From Longimicrobiales bacterium (GTDB lineage: Bacteria > Gemmatimonadota > Gemmatimonadetes > Longimicrobiales > Gaopeijiaceae): DNA of 64,000 bases. Under the pieces are notes generated by a model, which saw only the letters and a list, made by a program, of their open reading frames with translations, was not told where the DNA came from and did not search any database. Positions 48,997 through 58,585 of this stretch are shown piece by piece (within the stretch, counting starts at the first letter, position 1; the number at the start of each line of letters is the position of its first letter). The position numbers and the translations under genes are program-made. The stretch is from NCBI GenBank assembly GCA_041690395.1, contig JAWLHJ010000003.1, forward strand, positions 632,729-696,728, read 5' to 3'.

Positions 48997-50898
48997 TCAG
49001 GCCACGGTGAGGATGGGCGTCGAGCTGTCGATCTCGTCACCGACGCCGACGTGCACCGCGCTCACCTTGCCGGCCACGGGTGAACGGATGTCGTGGGTGG
49101 CCTTCATCGCCTCGACGACGGCGATCACCCCACCCTCCGCGACGGTGTCACCGACCCTCGCCCGGATGTCGACCACCTCCACGGCCCCGGCGAACGTCGA
49201 GTAGACCGGTGTGCCTCCCGGCTGCGACCCACCCGTCCCGGAGGTCGGCACGGCGCCCGCGGCCGCAGCCGCCCCCGAGCCGGCACCACCGGCGCCCGAG
49301 ATCGGCTCGAGCGTGACGGTGAAGGTCCGCGTCTTCCCGCCCTCCTGGACCGTGCACTTCGTCGTCACCGGCCCGGACGGCGCGGCTGGCGCGGCATCCC
49401 CCGCGCGGGACTTCGTGCCCCCGGCACTCGCACCCCCGACTCTCGCACCGGACGGCGCCTCGTCGGCATCCCGCTTCAGGGGGATGTCGATCTTGGACCT
49501 GCCGGTCAGGAGGCGGATTCCCTCGTTGGTCTCCATGCGCTTGCCCGGAACCATGGCGGCCAGAACCAGGAAGACGTTCTCGTCCGTCGTGGGCAGACCG
49601 CGCTCTTCGAGAGCCGCGCGGGCTTCGGGGATGTTGTTCGGAGCCGCATCGAGCGGATCGCCGTCGAAGGGCTCGAGCTCGAGCTGCTCCGAGGCCCGCT
49701 CCACCACCGCGGGATCCGGAGGCAACGGAGTGCGCCCGAAGTAGCCCAGCACGGCCTTTCCGTACCCGGCGTCGATCTTCTCCCAACGCCCGTAGAGCAC
49801 GTTGTTGAACGCCTGCAGCCAGTACTGCTGGCTGCCCGGCGTGACGCTGGTCCAGGCTCCGCCCGCTTCGACGACGACCGGAAACTCGGCCAGGACCTCA
49901 CCGTACCGGTCGAGAATGCCCGCCTTTTCCATCATATGCACGTTCGGCCCGATGGCGCCGCCCGGCATGGGAAAGCCCAGAACGCGCGCGTCGGGCGTGG
50001 TGGTCGTGGGGTTGAAGGCGTAGTCCGAGAGCGACTCTTCGAGCATCGACTCGATCTCGGACAGCCCCGCGACGTCCATGTCGAGGCTGTATCCCGTCCC
50101 CTTCAAGGAATGCGCGAGCGCGCGGGCGTCGGGCTGCGACGTGCCCGCCGCGAGCGGCCGGATGGAGAGGTCGACGCCGTCCGCGCCGCCGTGGATGGCG
50201 GCCATGTAGCAGGCCACGCCCGTAGCGGCGGTATCGTGCGTGTGCATCCAGAGCGGCATCTCGGGGGGCATGATCTTCTTCAGGCCGACCGCCGTCCGGT
50301 AGATGGTGGCGGGGTCCGTCGTCCCGCTCGCGTCCTTCAGGCAGATGCTGTCGACACGGATATCGCTGTCGAGGATCTTCCGCCCGATATCGATATAGAA
50401 GTCGGGCGTGTGGACCTTGTCGGAGTCGAACGGAAGGCCCATCAGCGCGATCACCGCCTGATGATGCATCCCGGCGTCGACGATGGGCTTGCCGGTCCGA
50501 CGCATGTTCCGGACATCGTTCATGTAGTCGAAGTTCCGGTCCCACGTGGTCCCGGCCGCGGCCATGAGCCGCCCCTGGAGGGCGAGCGCCTCCGGCGACT
50601 GCGTCGTGAGCGTGACCCCCGACACCGACCGCGTCAGGATCTGGAGATCCGCGTCCGGCCCGACCGCCTCGCGCATGCGCCGCATGTTCTCGAAGGGATT
50701 CCGGCCGAGGTAGAACAACGGGGCCTGGAAAAGGGCTCCCCCGCCGAACTCGAAATGTCGAATGCCGAGCTCGGCCGACGCCTCCATGGCCGGCAGGAAG
50801 TCCTCCAGCCGGACCTTGCCGCCGAACGTGCTCTGCAGCCCGTCGCGGAACGGAGTGAACATGACGCGGACACGGCGGGGAGCATCGGTGAAGATCAT
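48997..50898 (-). CDS. oadA: Carboxyltransferase + biotinyl domain (OadA/PycB-like alpha subunit)
   Basis: FRDGLQS, EFGGG, CLKDASG, HTH, MPGG, SVTP; C-terminal biotin domain EAMKA. Confidence 0.85.
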   Translation of the reverse strand: MIFTDAPRRVRVMFTPFRDGLQSTFGGKVRLEDFLPAMEASAELGIRHFEFGGGALFQAPLFYLGRNPFENMRRMREAVGPDADLQILTRSVSGVTLTTQSPEALALQGRLMAAAGTTWDRNFDYMNDVRNMRRTGKPIVDAGMHHQAVIALMGLPFDSDKVHTPDFYIDIGRKILDSDIRVDSICLKDASGTTDPATIYRTAVGLKKIMPPEMPLWMHTHDTAATGVACYMAAIHGGADGVDLSIRPLAAGTSQPDARALAHSLKGTGYSLDMDVAGLSEIESMLEESLSDYAFNPTTTTPDARVLGFPMPGGAIGPNVHMMEKAGILDRYGEVLAEFPVVVEAGGAWTSVTPGSQQYWLQAFNNVLYGRWEKIDAGYGKAVLGYFGRTPLPPDPAVVERASEQLELEPFDGDPLDAAPNNIPEARAALEERGLPTTDENVFLVLAAMVPGKRMETNEGIRLLTGRSKIDIPLKRDADEAPSGARVGGASAGGTKSRAGDAAPAAPSGPVTTKCTVQEGGKTRTFTVTLEPISGAGGAGSGAAAAAGAVPTSGTGGSQPGGTPVYSTFAGAVEVVDIRARVGDTVAEGGVIAVVEAMKATHDIRSPVAGKVSAVHVGVGDEIDSSTPILTVA

Positions 50899-51104
50899 CG
50901 GTTTTCCTGAATATTCGTGACGGCCATACCCGGATGGACACGCGAGACGGCAGAAGTGATCGCGGCGACGAGGGCCGTATCGGACGCCTCGGGGGCCGGG
51001 AAGAGTGCGGTCAGAGCGCGAATCAGCCCAGCCAGGACGGAGAGCAGGACGAGCACGGCCGCGAAGGCCGCGGCGCAGACGACGAGAAGGCTGGGTTCTG
51101 TCAC
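50895..51104 (-). CDS. oadG: OadG-like gamma subunit
   Basis: Short, one TM helix, 'LVAAITSAV'; coupled to oadA. Confidence 0.75.
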   Translation of the reverse strand: MTEPSLLVVCAAAFAAVLVLLSVLAGLIRALTALFPAPEASDTALVAAITSAVSRVHPGMAVTNIQENR

Positions 51105-51252
51105 GATGGCGGTCTTTCCCTGGGCGGAGACGAAGCGGCCAATATTGCAGTGCAAACGGCTCATGCCAAATGAGGCGACCGGTCCGCGCGTTGCGCGCCC
51201 CTTCCACGACGGCGTACGTAGAGGACCGTCAACCCGCCGACCCGGAGTCCCA

Positions 51253-52488
51253 ATGAGAGACCGACGCATCACGTTTCCCGGCGCCCATGGCGACCGGCTG
51301 AGCGCCCGCCTCTCCACTCCGCCCGACGGGCAGATCCGGGCGTGCGCTCTCTTCGCCCACTGCTTCACCTGCTCCAAGGACCTCAAGCCCGTACGGCACG
51401 TGACCCGGGCGCTGACCCAGGCGGGCATCGCGGTCCTCCGCTTCGACTTCACCGGTCTCGGCGAGAGCGAGGGAGATTTCGCGGACACGACGTTCTCTTC
51501 GAACATCGAAGACCTTCTGGCGGCGGCCGCGTACATGGAGCGTGAGCTCGAGGGTCCGGCGATCCTGGTCGGCCATTCGCTCGGAGGCGCGGCCGTGCTG
51601 GCGGCAGCCGCGGAGATCGAGTCCTGCCGGGCCGTGGCGACCATCGGAGCGCCCTATGATCCGGCCCATGTCACGCATCTGTTCGGCGACCACCTCCCCG
51701 AGATCGAGGCGGAAGGGGATGCCGAGGTGACGATCGCCGGACGAGCGTTCACGGTGAGCCGGAAGTTCCTGAGGGACGTCGAAGGGCATCGGATGGAGAA
51801 GATCGTGGCGGGGCTCGGCCGCCCGCTCCTGCTCTTCCACTCGCCGGTCGACAACGTGGTCGGCATCGACAACGCGGCCAAGCTCTACACCGCCGCCCGG
51901 CACCCGAAAAGCTTCGTCTCCCTGGACGACGCGGACCACCTGCTCCTCGACGAGCGCGACGCCCGGTACGTGGGCGACGTCCTCGCCTCGTGGGTGAGCC
52001 GCTATATCCCTGAGCGTCCCGAGCGCGAGCGAGACGAGGCCGACCTGGTGGGCGAGGCGCAGGTTGCGGCCCGCACCGGCCAGGACGGGTACGTGACCGA
52101 GATCCTGGCCCGGGGCCATGCGCTCCTCGCGGACGAGCCGGTAGCGGTCGGCGGCACCGACCGCGGCCCCACGCCCTACGACCTTCTGGCCGCCGCCCTC
52201 GGCGCCTGCACCACCATGACGCTCCGCATGTACGCGGAGCGGAAGGAATGGCCCCTCGAGGAGGCGTCCGTCCGGCTGACGCACCGGAAGATCCATGCGC
52301 GCGACGAGGAGGAGTGCGAGAACCGCGACGCCCGGATGGACTCCTTGGAGCGGGAGATCGCGCTGGAGGGGCCCCTCGACGACGAGCAGCGGGCGCGCCT
52401 CATGGAGATCGCCGACCGCTGTCCGGTGCATCGGACGCTGAGCGCGGGTGTCGTGATCGAGACGCGGGAGACGAAGGCGGCGCCCTGA
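51253..52488 (+). CDS. Alpha/beta hydrolase-OsmC fusion protein
   Basis: AHCFTCSKD, GHSLGG, ADEP..GG.D.GPTPYDLL..LGACT, CPVH. Confidence 0.9.
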   Translation: MRDRRITFPGAHGDRLSARLSTPPDGQIRACALFAHCFTCSKDLKPVRHVTRALTQAGIAVLRFDFTGLGESEGDFADTTFSSNIEDLLAAAAYMERELEGPAILVGHSLGGAAVLAAAAEIESCRAVATIGAPYDPAHVTHLFGDHLPEIEAEGDAEVTIAGRAFTVSRKFLRDVEGHRMEKIVAGLGRPLLLFHSPVDNVVGIDNAAKLYTAARHPKSFVSLDDADHLLLDERDARYVGDVLASWVSRYIPERPERERDEADLVGEAQVAARTGQDGYVTEILARGHALLADEPVAVGGTDRGPTPYDLLAAALGACTTMTLRMYAERKEWPLEEASVRLTHRKIHARDEEECENRDARMDSLEREIALEGPLDDEQRARLMEIADRCPVHRTLSAGVVIETRETKAAP

Positions 52489-52503
52489 GGCCACCCCGGC
52501 CCG

Positions 52504-53163
52504 TCACTCCTGGTCGAGCCCTTCCTCGACCACGAACCGCGTCAGCCCCGCGACCGTCCGGATCCTGAGCTTGGTCATGAGCCGCTCCCGGTGCGTCTCG
52601 ACCGTGCGGGGGGAGATCTCGAGCTTCTCGGCGATCTCGCGGTTCGTGAGGCCCTCGGCCACGAGAACGAGCACCTCTGTCTCCCGGGCGGTCAGGCTCT
52701 CGAGCCGGCTCTTGCGCTGCTCCCGCTCGAGCTCGGCGCGGAGTCCCACGCTGAGCTGGTGCGTGACGCGCTCCGCGAAGTACTCACGCCCCTCGTGGAC
52801 GGTCTGGATCGCCTTCCGCAGCTCGGCCGGCGTCACGTCCTTCAGCACGTAGCCGTCCGCGCCGGCACGCACCGCCTGCAGCACGTACTCCGGATCGTCG
52901 TGCATGGACAGGATGAGGATCCCCGACTCGATCTCGTCCGAGCGGAGCTCGCGCGTGACCTCGAGGCCCGTCCGCCCGGGCATGGTCACGTCGAGGAGCA
53001 CGACGTCCGGCCGCAGCTTTCGCGCAAGCTCGAGCGCCTCGTCCCCGTCACCGGCCTCGGCCACGACCTCCAGCCCGTCCACTTCCTCGAGCACGTTGCG
53101 GATCCCCTGGCGGACCACGGCGTGGTCGTCGGCGATCATCACCCGGATCTTGTCGTCACTCAC
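52504..53163 (-). CDS. NarL/LuxR-family response regulator
   Basis: IADDH, LDVTMP, LuxR HTH 'LTARETEV..TNREIA..TVETHR'. Confidence 0.93.
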   Translation of the reverse strand: MSDDKIRVMIADDHAVVRQGIRNVLEEVDGLEVVAEAGDGDEALELARKLRPDVVLLDVTMPGRTGLEVTRELRSDEIESGILILSMHDDPEYVLQAVRAGADGYVLKDVTPAELRKAIQTVHEGREYFAERVTHQLSVGLRAELEREQRKSRLESLTARETEVLVLVAEGLTNREIAEKLEISPRTVETHRERLMTKLRIRTVAGLTRFVVEEGLDQE

Positions 53164-54961
53164 GCTCTGCTGCTCCCGTGTCGGTCGGAACGAAGACCCG
53201 CACCCGCGCGCCGCCGCCCTGGCTGTTTCCCATCTCGAACTCACCCCCGAGCGCCACGATCCGTTCCCGGATCCCGGCCAGCCCTCCCCTGCTCCGCAGC
53301 TTCCTCGCGGCGTCGTCGCTGAACCCGGTGCCGTCGTCCTCCACGGACAGGGCCACGCCGGCCGGCTCGACCTCGAGTCGCGCCTCGACCCGCCGGGCCT
53401 CGGCGTGCCGCACCGCGTTCGCCAGCGCTTCCTGGAGGGTACGGTAGAGCGCAACCTCACCGTCCGGAGGGAGCGGCGGGAGGGCTCGGTCGGGGCTCTC
53501 GAAGCGCACCTCGAGCGTCCCCTGCTCCTGGAAGTCACGGACGAGCGCCCTGAGCGAGGGTACCAGGCCGAGGTCGTCGAGCGCCATGGGGCGTAGGTTG
53601 CGGGTCACGCTGCGGATGCTGCGGATCCCCTCGCCGACGAGCGTCTTCGCCCGCTCGAGCGCCGGCGCCATCGAGGCGTCACCCCGCTCCTGGAGCATGC
53701 CGAGCTGCATGTTGAGCGCCGCGAGCACCTGGGCGGTCTCGTCGTGGAGCTCGCGCCAGAGCCGGTTCCGCTCTTCCTCGTGCTGCCGGACCATGCGCGC
53801 CTGCAGGCGCTCCAGCTCCTGCGTGCGGTCCTCGAGATTCCGATGCAGGCGCTCGTTGGCCAGCGACGCACCCACCTGCTGCCCGAACGCGAGGAGGAAG
53901 CGGGTGTCGAGCACGGTGAAGGGGTCGCGCGCCTCACCGACCACGACCAGCGCTCCGACCACGGCATGGTCCCGGAGGATCGGGAGGGCGGCCGTGTAGG
54001 CGTGCGTCCACGACGCGTCCTCACCGCCCGCGCCCGGATCGTTGAGCGCCACCGGAACGCCCGTCTCGCAGACCGTCCGCGCGCTCTGGAGCGCCGAGGC
54101 GGGTGGACGCTCGAACGGCCAGAGGGCCGCCACACCCGCCCCGTGGACGAAGCGTCCCCGCTCCCCCGACCCACCGGCTGGCTCCTCCACGGTCTCGCCG
54201 GCCCGTAGATAGAGGGCCGACCCGTGCACGCCCCGGAGGCCCAGCGCCCGCCTGAGCACCGCCTCGGTCGTGGTCTCCTCCCGGCGAGGGGCGCCCTGGA
54301 GCTCGGACGACAGCGCCGTCAGCGTACGGAGCCCCTGATCGAGGTCTTCGAGCACCAGGAAGAGGATCCCGAGCCCCGTCCCCATCTGGAAGACGATGTC
54401 GAGGTAGTATCCCCAGGGATTCCAGATGCCCTGGGCCCGCAGGAACGGGTAGTCGAGATGGTGGAGGGCCCAGAGCGCGAGCACGATCACGAGCAGCCGC
54501 GCGGCCGGCGATCGGACGAGGCGGTCGTACCGGTGGAACGCCCACGCCGTCCAGGCGGTCGTGACGCTCAGGAACGCCACCATGGGGCCGGCCGCCCAGA
54601 GGAAGCTGTCCAGCACGTAGATGGCGACGTACGACCACGCGACCGGGAGCAGGACGAGCGCCAGGTAGCCGCGCCTCCACTCCAGGTTCTGCGAGAAGAC
54701 GAGCGCCGCCCAGAGGAGCGCGAGCGCCGTCCAACCGGTGGTGACCTGGTGCCAGAAGAGCCACCACGAGACGCCGGTCTCCACGAAGGTCACGATCGCG
54801 ACCACGCGGAGCGCGTAGATCGCCCACGCCAGCGCCCAGATGCCGAAGTAGCGCTTCCGGTAGCGGCCGTGCAGCACCCAGCACAGCCACACCAGGCCGA
54901 GGGTGACGAAGAGCTGCAGGTAGGCGGCGGCGCGCTCGGCCGACGACGCGGAGAGATCCAT
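53156..54961 (-). CDS. 7TM + GAF-like HisKA_3 sensor histidine kinase
   Basis: About 7 TM helices, 'EERNRLWRELHDE', LRPMALDDLGL, QEALANAVRHA, DDGTGF. Confidence 0.9.
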   Translation of the reverse strand: MDLSASSAERAAAYLQLFVTLGLVWLCWVLHGRYRKRYFGIWALAWAIYALRVVAIVTFVETGVSWWLFWHQVTTGWTALALLWAALVFSQNLEWRRGYLALVLLPVAWSYVAIYVLDSFLWAAGPMVAFLSVTTAWTAWAFHRYDRLVRSPAARLLVIVLALWALHHLDYPFLRAQGIWNPWGYYLDIVFQMGTGLGILFLVLEDLDQGLRTLTALSSELQGAPRREETTTEAVLRRALGLRGVHGSALYLRAGETVEEPAGGSGERGRFVHGAGVAALWPFERPPASALQSARTVCETGVPVALNDPGAGGEDASWTHAYTAALPILRDHAVVGALVVVGEARDPFTVLDTRFLLAFGQQVGASLANERLHRNLEDRTQELERLQARMVRQHEEERNRLWRELHDETAQVLAALNMQLGMLQERGDASMAPALERAKTLVGEGIRSIRSVTRNLRPMALDDLGLVPSLRALVRDFQEQGTLEVRFESPDRALPPLPPDGEVALYRTLQEALANAVRHAEARRVEARLEVEPAGVALSVEDDGTGFSDDAARKLRSRGGLAGIRERIVALGGEFEMGNSQGGGARVRVFVPTDTGAAERE

Positions 54962-55063
54962 GGCCCGGAAGATCCCCACGGCCGCCCGCACGGGCAATGC
55001 GGCTTGTATCTCGGACGGTGAGCGCTCATTCTGCCCACCCCGCAGCCGAGTCCACCCACTGGA

Positions 55064-57403
55064 GTGAGAGACCACCCGATGACCCGACCCTTCGGACCCC
55101 GCCGTGCCGTCTGGATCGAGATCGACCGAGCCGCCCCCGACGTAGCCTCCGCCGAAGCGCTGGACGCGCTGACCCGCGTGGACCTGATCTACCGCGCGCT
55201 CGTGGCCATCCAGTTCAACTTCTCGCAGTCGGGGCACCCGGGTGGCTCCGTGTCGGCCGGGCAGATGATGACCGCGGCGCTGTTCGACACGATGGAGTAC
55301 GACATCGGCGATCCGAACCGCGACGACCAGGATCTCCTCTGCTTCGCCGCGGGGCACAAGGCGACCGGCCTGTACGCGATGTGGGCGCTGCGCGACGAGC
55401 TCACGCGTATCGGCGACCCGTCGCTGCTCCCGGACGAGGACCGGCTGCGTCTGCGCTGGGAGGACCTCATCGGATTCCGGCGGAACCCGACGCACCCGAC
55501 GCCGCTCTTCAAGTCGCTCCAGGCGAAAGCGCTCGACGGCCACCCGACGCCCATGACGCCGTTCCTCCGCATCGCGACCGGGCCGTCGGGCGTCGGAATG
55601 GGCGCGTCGATCGGGCTGGCATTCGCCGCCGCGGACTACTTCGGCGAGGACGCGCCGCGCATCCACATGCTCGAGGGCGAGGGAGGCCTCACCCCGGGCC
55701 GGGTCTACGAGTCCGTGGCGGCGGCCGGGGCCTCGGGCCTCTCGAACGCGATCTGCCACCTCGACTGGAACCAGGCCTCGATCGACTCCGACCAGGTGAC
55801 CCGCGAGGGAGACCGCTGGGGCGACTACGTGCAGTGGGATCCCATGGAGTTCTTCTACATCCACGACTGGAACGTCGTGCACGTGGCCGACGGCTTCGAC
55901 ATGGGCCAGGTCCTCACCGGTCAGAAGAAGGCGCTCGAGATCGACAACGGACAGCCCACGGCGGTGGTGTACCGGACCGAGAAGGGATGGCGTTACGGGA
56001 TCACCGGAAAGAAGTCGCACGGCGGCGGCCACGACATGGGGAGCGAGGCCTACGTCGAGGCCATTCGGCCCTTCCTCGGGGACGCGGTCGACCGGCTCCC
56101 CGCCCCGCCCGACCCGAACGACATGACGGCCGTGGAGGCGTGCCACTGGGAGACGTTGGGCCTGGTGCGCGAGCTGCTCGAAGGCGAGTCTGCGCTTGCC
56201 CGTGGGATGGCGGGCCGGCTCTCCGACGCACGGGAGCGACTCGACGCCCGCGGCCGGACGCCCCGTGACGGCGCGCCCAGCGTCGACAAGCTCTACGCCG
56301 CGTGCGGCTCCGACGACACGCCGGCCGAGCTCCGGCTCGACGTCGGCAAGAGCGTGCCGCTCCGGAAGCAGCTCGGCGCCGTGCTGGGGTACCTGAACGA
56401 GAAGTCGGGCGGGGCGATCCTCCTGGGCGCGGCCGACCTCCTCGACTCCACCGCCATCTCCGGCGGATCCAAGGCGTTCCCGGCCGGATACTGGCACCAC
56501 CACGCCAACCCCGGCAGCCGGACCCTGACCATGGGCGGCATCTGCGAGGACGGCATGTCGTGCATGCTCTCGGGCGTCTCGGGCTTCGGGAAGCACGTGG
56601 GCGCGGGCGCGTCGTACGGCGCGTTCATCAGCCCGCTCGGACACATCCCGGCGCGCGTGCACGCCATCAGCCAACAGATGCGCCAGTACGTGACGCCCGG
56701 ACGCTACACGCCGTTCATCCTGCAGTGCGGACACGCGGGCATGAAGACCGGCGAGGACGGCCCGACCCACGCCGACCCGCAGGCGCTCCAGCTACACATC
56801 GAGAACTACGTGCCGGGAACGGCGGTGACCCTCACGCCCTGGGAGCCCCAGGAGATCTGGCCGCTCATGGCGGCCTCGATCCGGGAGGAGTTCGCGGTCG
56901 TGGTGCCGTTCGTGACGCGACCCTCCGAGCCGGTCCTCGACCGGGAAGCGATCGGGCTCGCGCCGGTCGAAGCCGCCGCGGACGGGGTCTACCGGCTGCG
57001 CGCCGCATCGGGCGAGCCGGACGTCACCGTGGTCCTGCAGGGCTCGGGCGTCACCATGGCCTTCATCCAGGACGCGCTCCCGCGGCTACTCGCGGACGGG
57101 ATCGACCTGGAAGCGATCTACGTGGCCAGCCCGGAGCTGTTCGACAAGCTCCCCGCCGAGCGCCGCGCCGAGATTTTCCCGGCCGAGCGGGCGAACGTGG
57201 CCATGGGTGTGACGGGCTTCACCATGCCGACGATGTACCGGTGGATCCGCTCCGACCTCGGCCGCGCGCACACCATGCACCCGTTCATGAAGGGGCACTA
57301 CCTCGGCAGTGGCGCCGGCGAGATGGTCATCCACGAGGCTGGGATGGACGGCGAGGGGCAGTACGAGGGGATCCGCCGCTATCTGGACGCGCTCAGCGGC
57401 TGA
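55064..57403 (+). CDS. Divergent single-chain transketolase-like TPP enzyme
   Basis: GHPGGS, GH, DGHP, TGPSG, GEGG..DWN..SID, GICE, GEDGPTH. Confidence 0.8.
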   Translation: MRDHPMTRPFGPRRAVWIEIDRAAPDVASAEALDALTRVDLIYRALVAIQFNFSQSGHPGGSVSAGQMMTAALFDTMEYDIGDPNRDDQDLLCFAAGHKATGLYAMWALRDELTRIGDPSLLPDEDRLRLRWEDLIGFRRNPTHPTPLFKSLQAKALDGHPTPMTPFLRIATGPSGVGMGASIGLAFAAADYFGEDAPRIHMLEGEGGLTPGRVYESVAAAGASGLSNAICHLDWNQASIDSDQVTREGDRWGDYVQWDPMEFFYIHDWNVVHVADGFDMGQVLTGQKKALEIDNGQPTAVVYRTEKGWRYGITGKKSHGGGHDMGSEAYVEAIRPFLGDAVDRLPAPPDPNDMTAVEACHWETLGLVRELLEGESALARGMAGRLSDARERLDARGRTPRDGAPSVDKLYAACGSDDTPAELRLDVGKSVPLRKQLGAVLGYLNEKSGGAILLGAADLLDSTAISGGSKAFPAGYWHHHANPGSRTLTMGGICEDGMSCMLSGVSGFGKHVGAGASYGAFISPLGHIPARVHAISQQMRQYVTPGRYTPFILQCGHAGMKTGEDGPTHADPQALQLHIENYVPGTAVTLTPWEPQEIWPLMAASIREEFAVVVPFVTRPSEPVLDREAIGLAPVEAAADGVYRLRAASGEPDVTVVLQGSGVTMAFIQDALPRLLADGIDLEAIYVASPELFDKLPAERRAEIFPAERANVAMGVTGFTMPTMYRWIRSDLGRAHTMHPFMKGHYLGSGAGEMVIHEAGMDGEGQYEGIRRYLDALSG

Positions 57404-57409
57404 GGGGCG

Positions 57410-58471
57410 TCAGGCCGGAACGCCGGCCGGGTACAGCACGACCTTGTTCCACCCCGGGCGGCGGTCCGCGAACGCCCGGTAGGCCTCGACGCCCTCGGAC
57501 AGCGGAAGGCGGTGCGAGACGAGCGACGCGAGCAGCGCCTCGTCTCGCGCCGCCATCTCCAGCGCCCGGGGCATGTAGGCCCTGGCGGGACAGCGTCCTC
57601 CGGCATACCGCAGGTTGCGGTCGTAGATCTCGCCGGGAGACAGCGCCAGGTGCGGCTCCACGTGGAAGCCCACCGCGCCGATCGCGCCCCCGGGCCTCAG
57701 CATGTCCGCCGCGGTGCGGGTGGCCTCGGGCGTGCCCACCGCCTCGATCGCGGCGTCGGCGCCCCGTCCGTCGCTCCGTCCGCGGGCCGCCTCGACCGGA
57801 TCCTCGCTCGAGAAGTCCACCGGGGTCGCGCCGAACCGGGCCGCGGCCTCGAGCCTCGTCGGCACCCGGTCGACCGCCAGCACCTCACGCGCTCCCGCTG
57901 CCAGCGCGGCCCTCACGGCGAGGAGCCCCACCGGACCGCATCCGATCACGGCGACCAGCGCGCCCTGTTCGACACCCGCCAGATCGGCCCCGAACAGCGC
58001 GGTCGACAGGATGTCTCCGGCGAAGAGCGCCACGGCCTCGTCCAGGACGTCGGGCACTCTGACCAGCGAACCGTTGGCGAGGGGCACCCGCACGAACTCG
58101 GCCTGCGCCCCGTGGAGCCCCTTTCCGTCCTGGACCCAGCCGAAGAACTGCCCTCGGGGGCACCGCGCGGTGAGTCCCACTTGGCAATAGAAGCAGTCCC
58201 CGCAGGACGTCGTGAACGGGCACACGACCCGGTCCCCGACGGCCACCGCCGTCACGTCGGGGCCCGCCTCGACGACGCGTCCGACGAACTCGTGTCCCAT
58301 GACCGTGCCGACGTCGATGCCCCGCTCGCGCCCGAAGTACGGATGCAGGTCGGAGCCGCAGATGCCCGCGGCGAGCACTTCCACGATCGCGTCACCGCGG
58401 TCCTGCAGCTCCGGCTCCGGGACGTCCTCGTGGGCCAACGTCTCGATCGCCCGGAAGGTGATCGCCTTCAT
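57410..58471 (-). CDS. Zn-dependent alcohol/aldehyde dehydrogenase (MDR)
   Basis: GICGSDLH, GHE, CGDCFYC..C, GCGPVG. Confidence 0.93.
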   Translation of the reverse strand: MKAITFRAIETLAHEDVPEPELQDRGDAIVEVLAAGICGSDLHPYFGRERGIDVGTVMGHEFVGRVVEAGPDVTAVAVGDRVVCPFTTSCGDCFYCQVGLTARCPRGQFFGWVQDGKGLHGAQAEFVRVPLANGSLVRVPDVLDEAVALFAGDILSTALFGADLAGVEQGALVAVIGCGPVGLLAVRAALAAGAREVLAVDRVPTRLEAAARFGATPVDFSSEDPVEAARGRSDGRGADAAIEAVGTPEATRTAADMLRPGGAIGAVGFHVEPHLALSPGEIYDRNLRYAGGRCPARAYMPRALEMAARDEALLASLVSHRLPLSEGVEAYRAFADRRPGWNKVVLYPAGVPA

Positions 58472-58501
58472 CGGACGCGATCTCCGATTCTACTCTCGGT
58501 C

Positions 58502-58518
58502 TTGAAAATCATTCTCAA
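58502..58518. promoter_or_regulatory. Fur box
   Basis: TTGAAAAT-C-ATTCTCAA, 8-1-8 inverted repeat with one mismatch, resembling TGATAAT-N-ATTATCA; 67 nt upstream of the Fe3+ ABC operon. Confidence 0.8.
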
Positions 58519-58585
58519 CCGTGCCATTGTCACGACGTTCGAAGCAAGAGGAACACACCCGATCGACCCGAGGGAGACCCGATCG

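Noticed and set aside
53156..56770. 1204-aa ORF suggesting a giant kinase fusion
   Set aside because: The N-terminal half is antisense to the transketolase-like gene; the real kinase starts at 54961. Track ORFs 9472-11337, 22572-24128, 44076-47189, 57512-59611 and 62081-63622 are similarly over-extended
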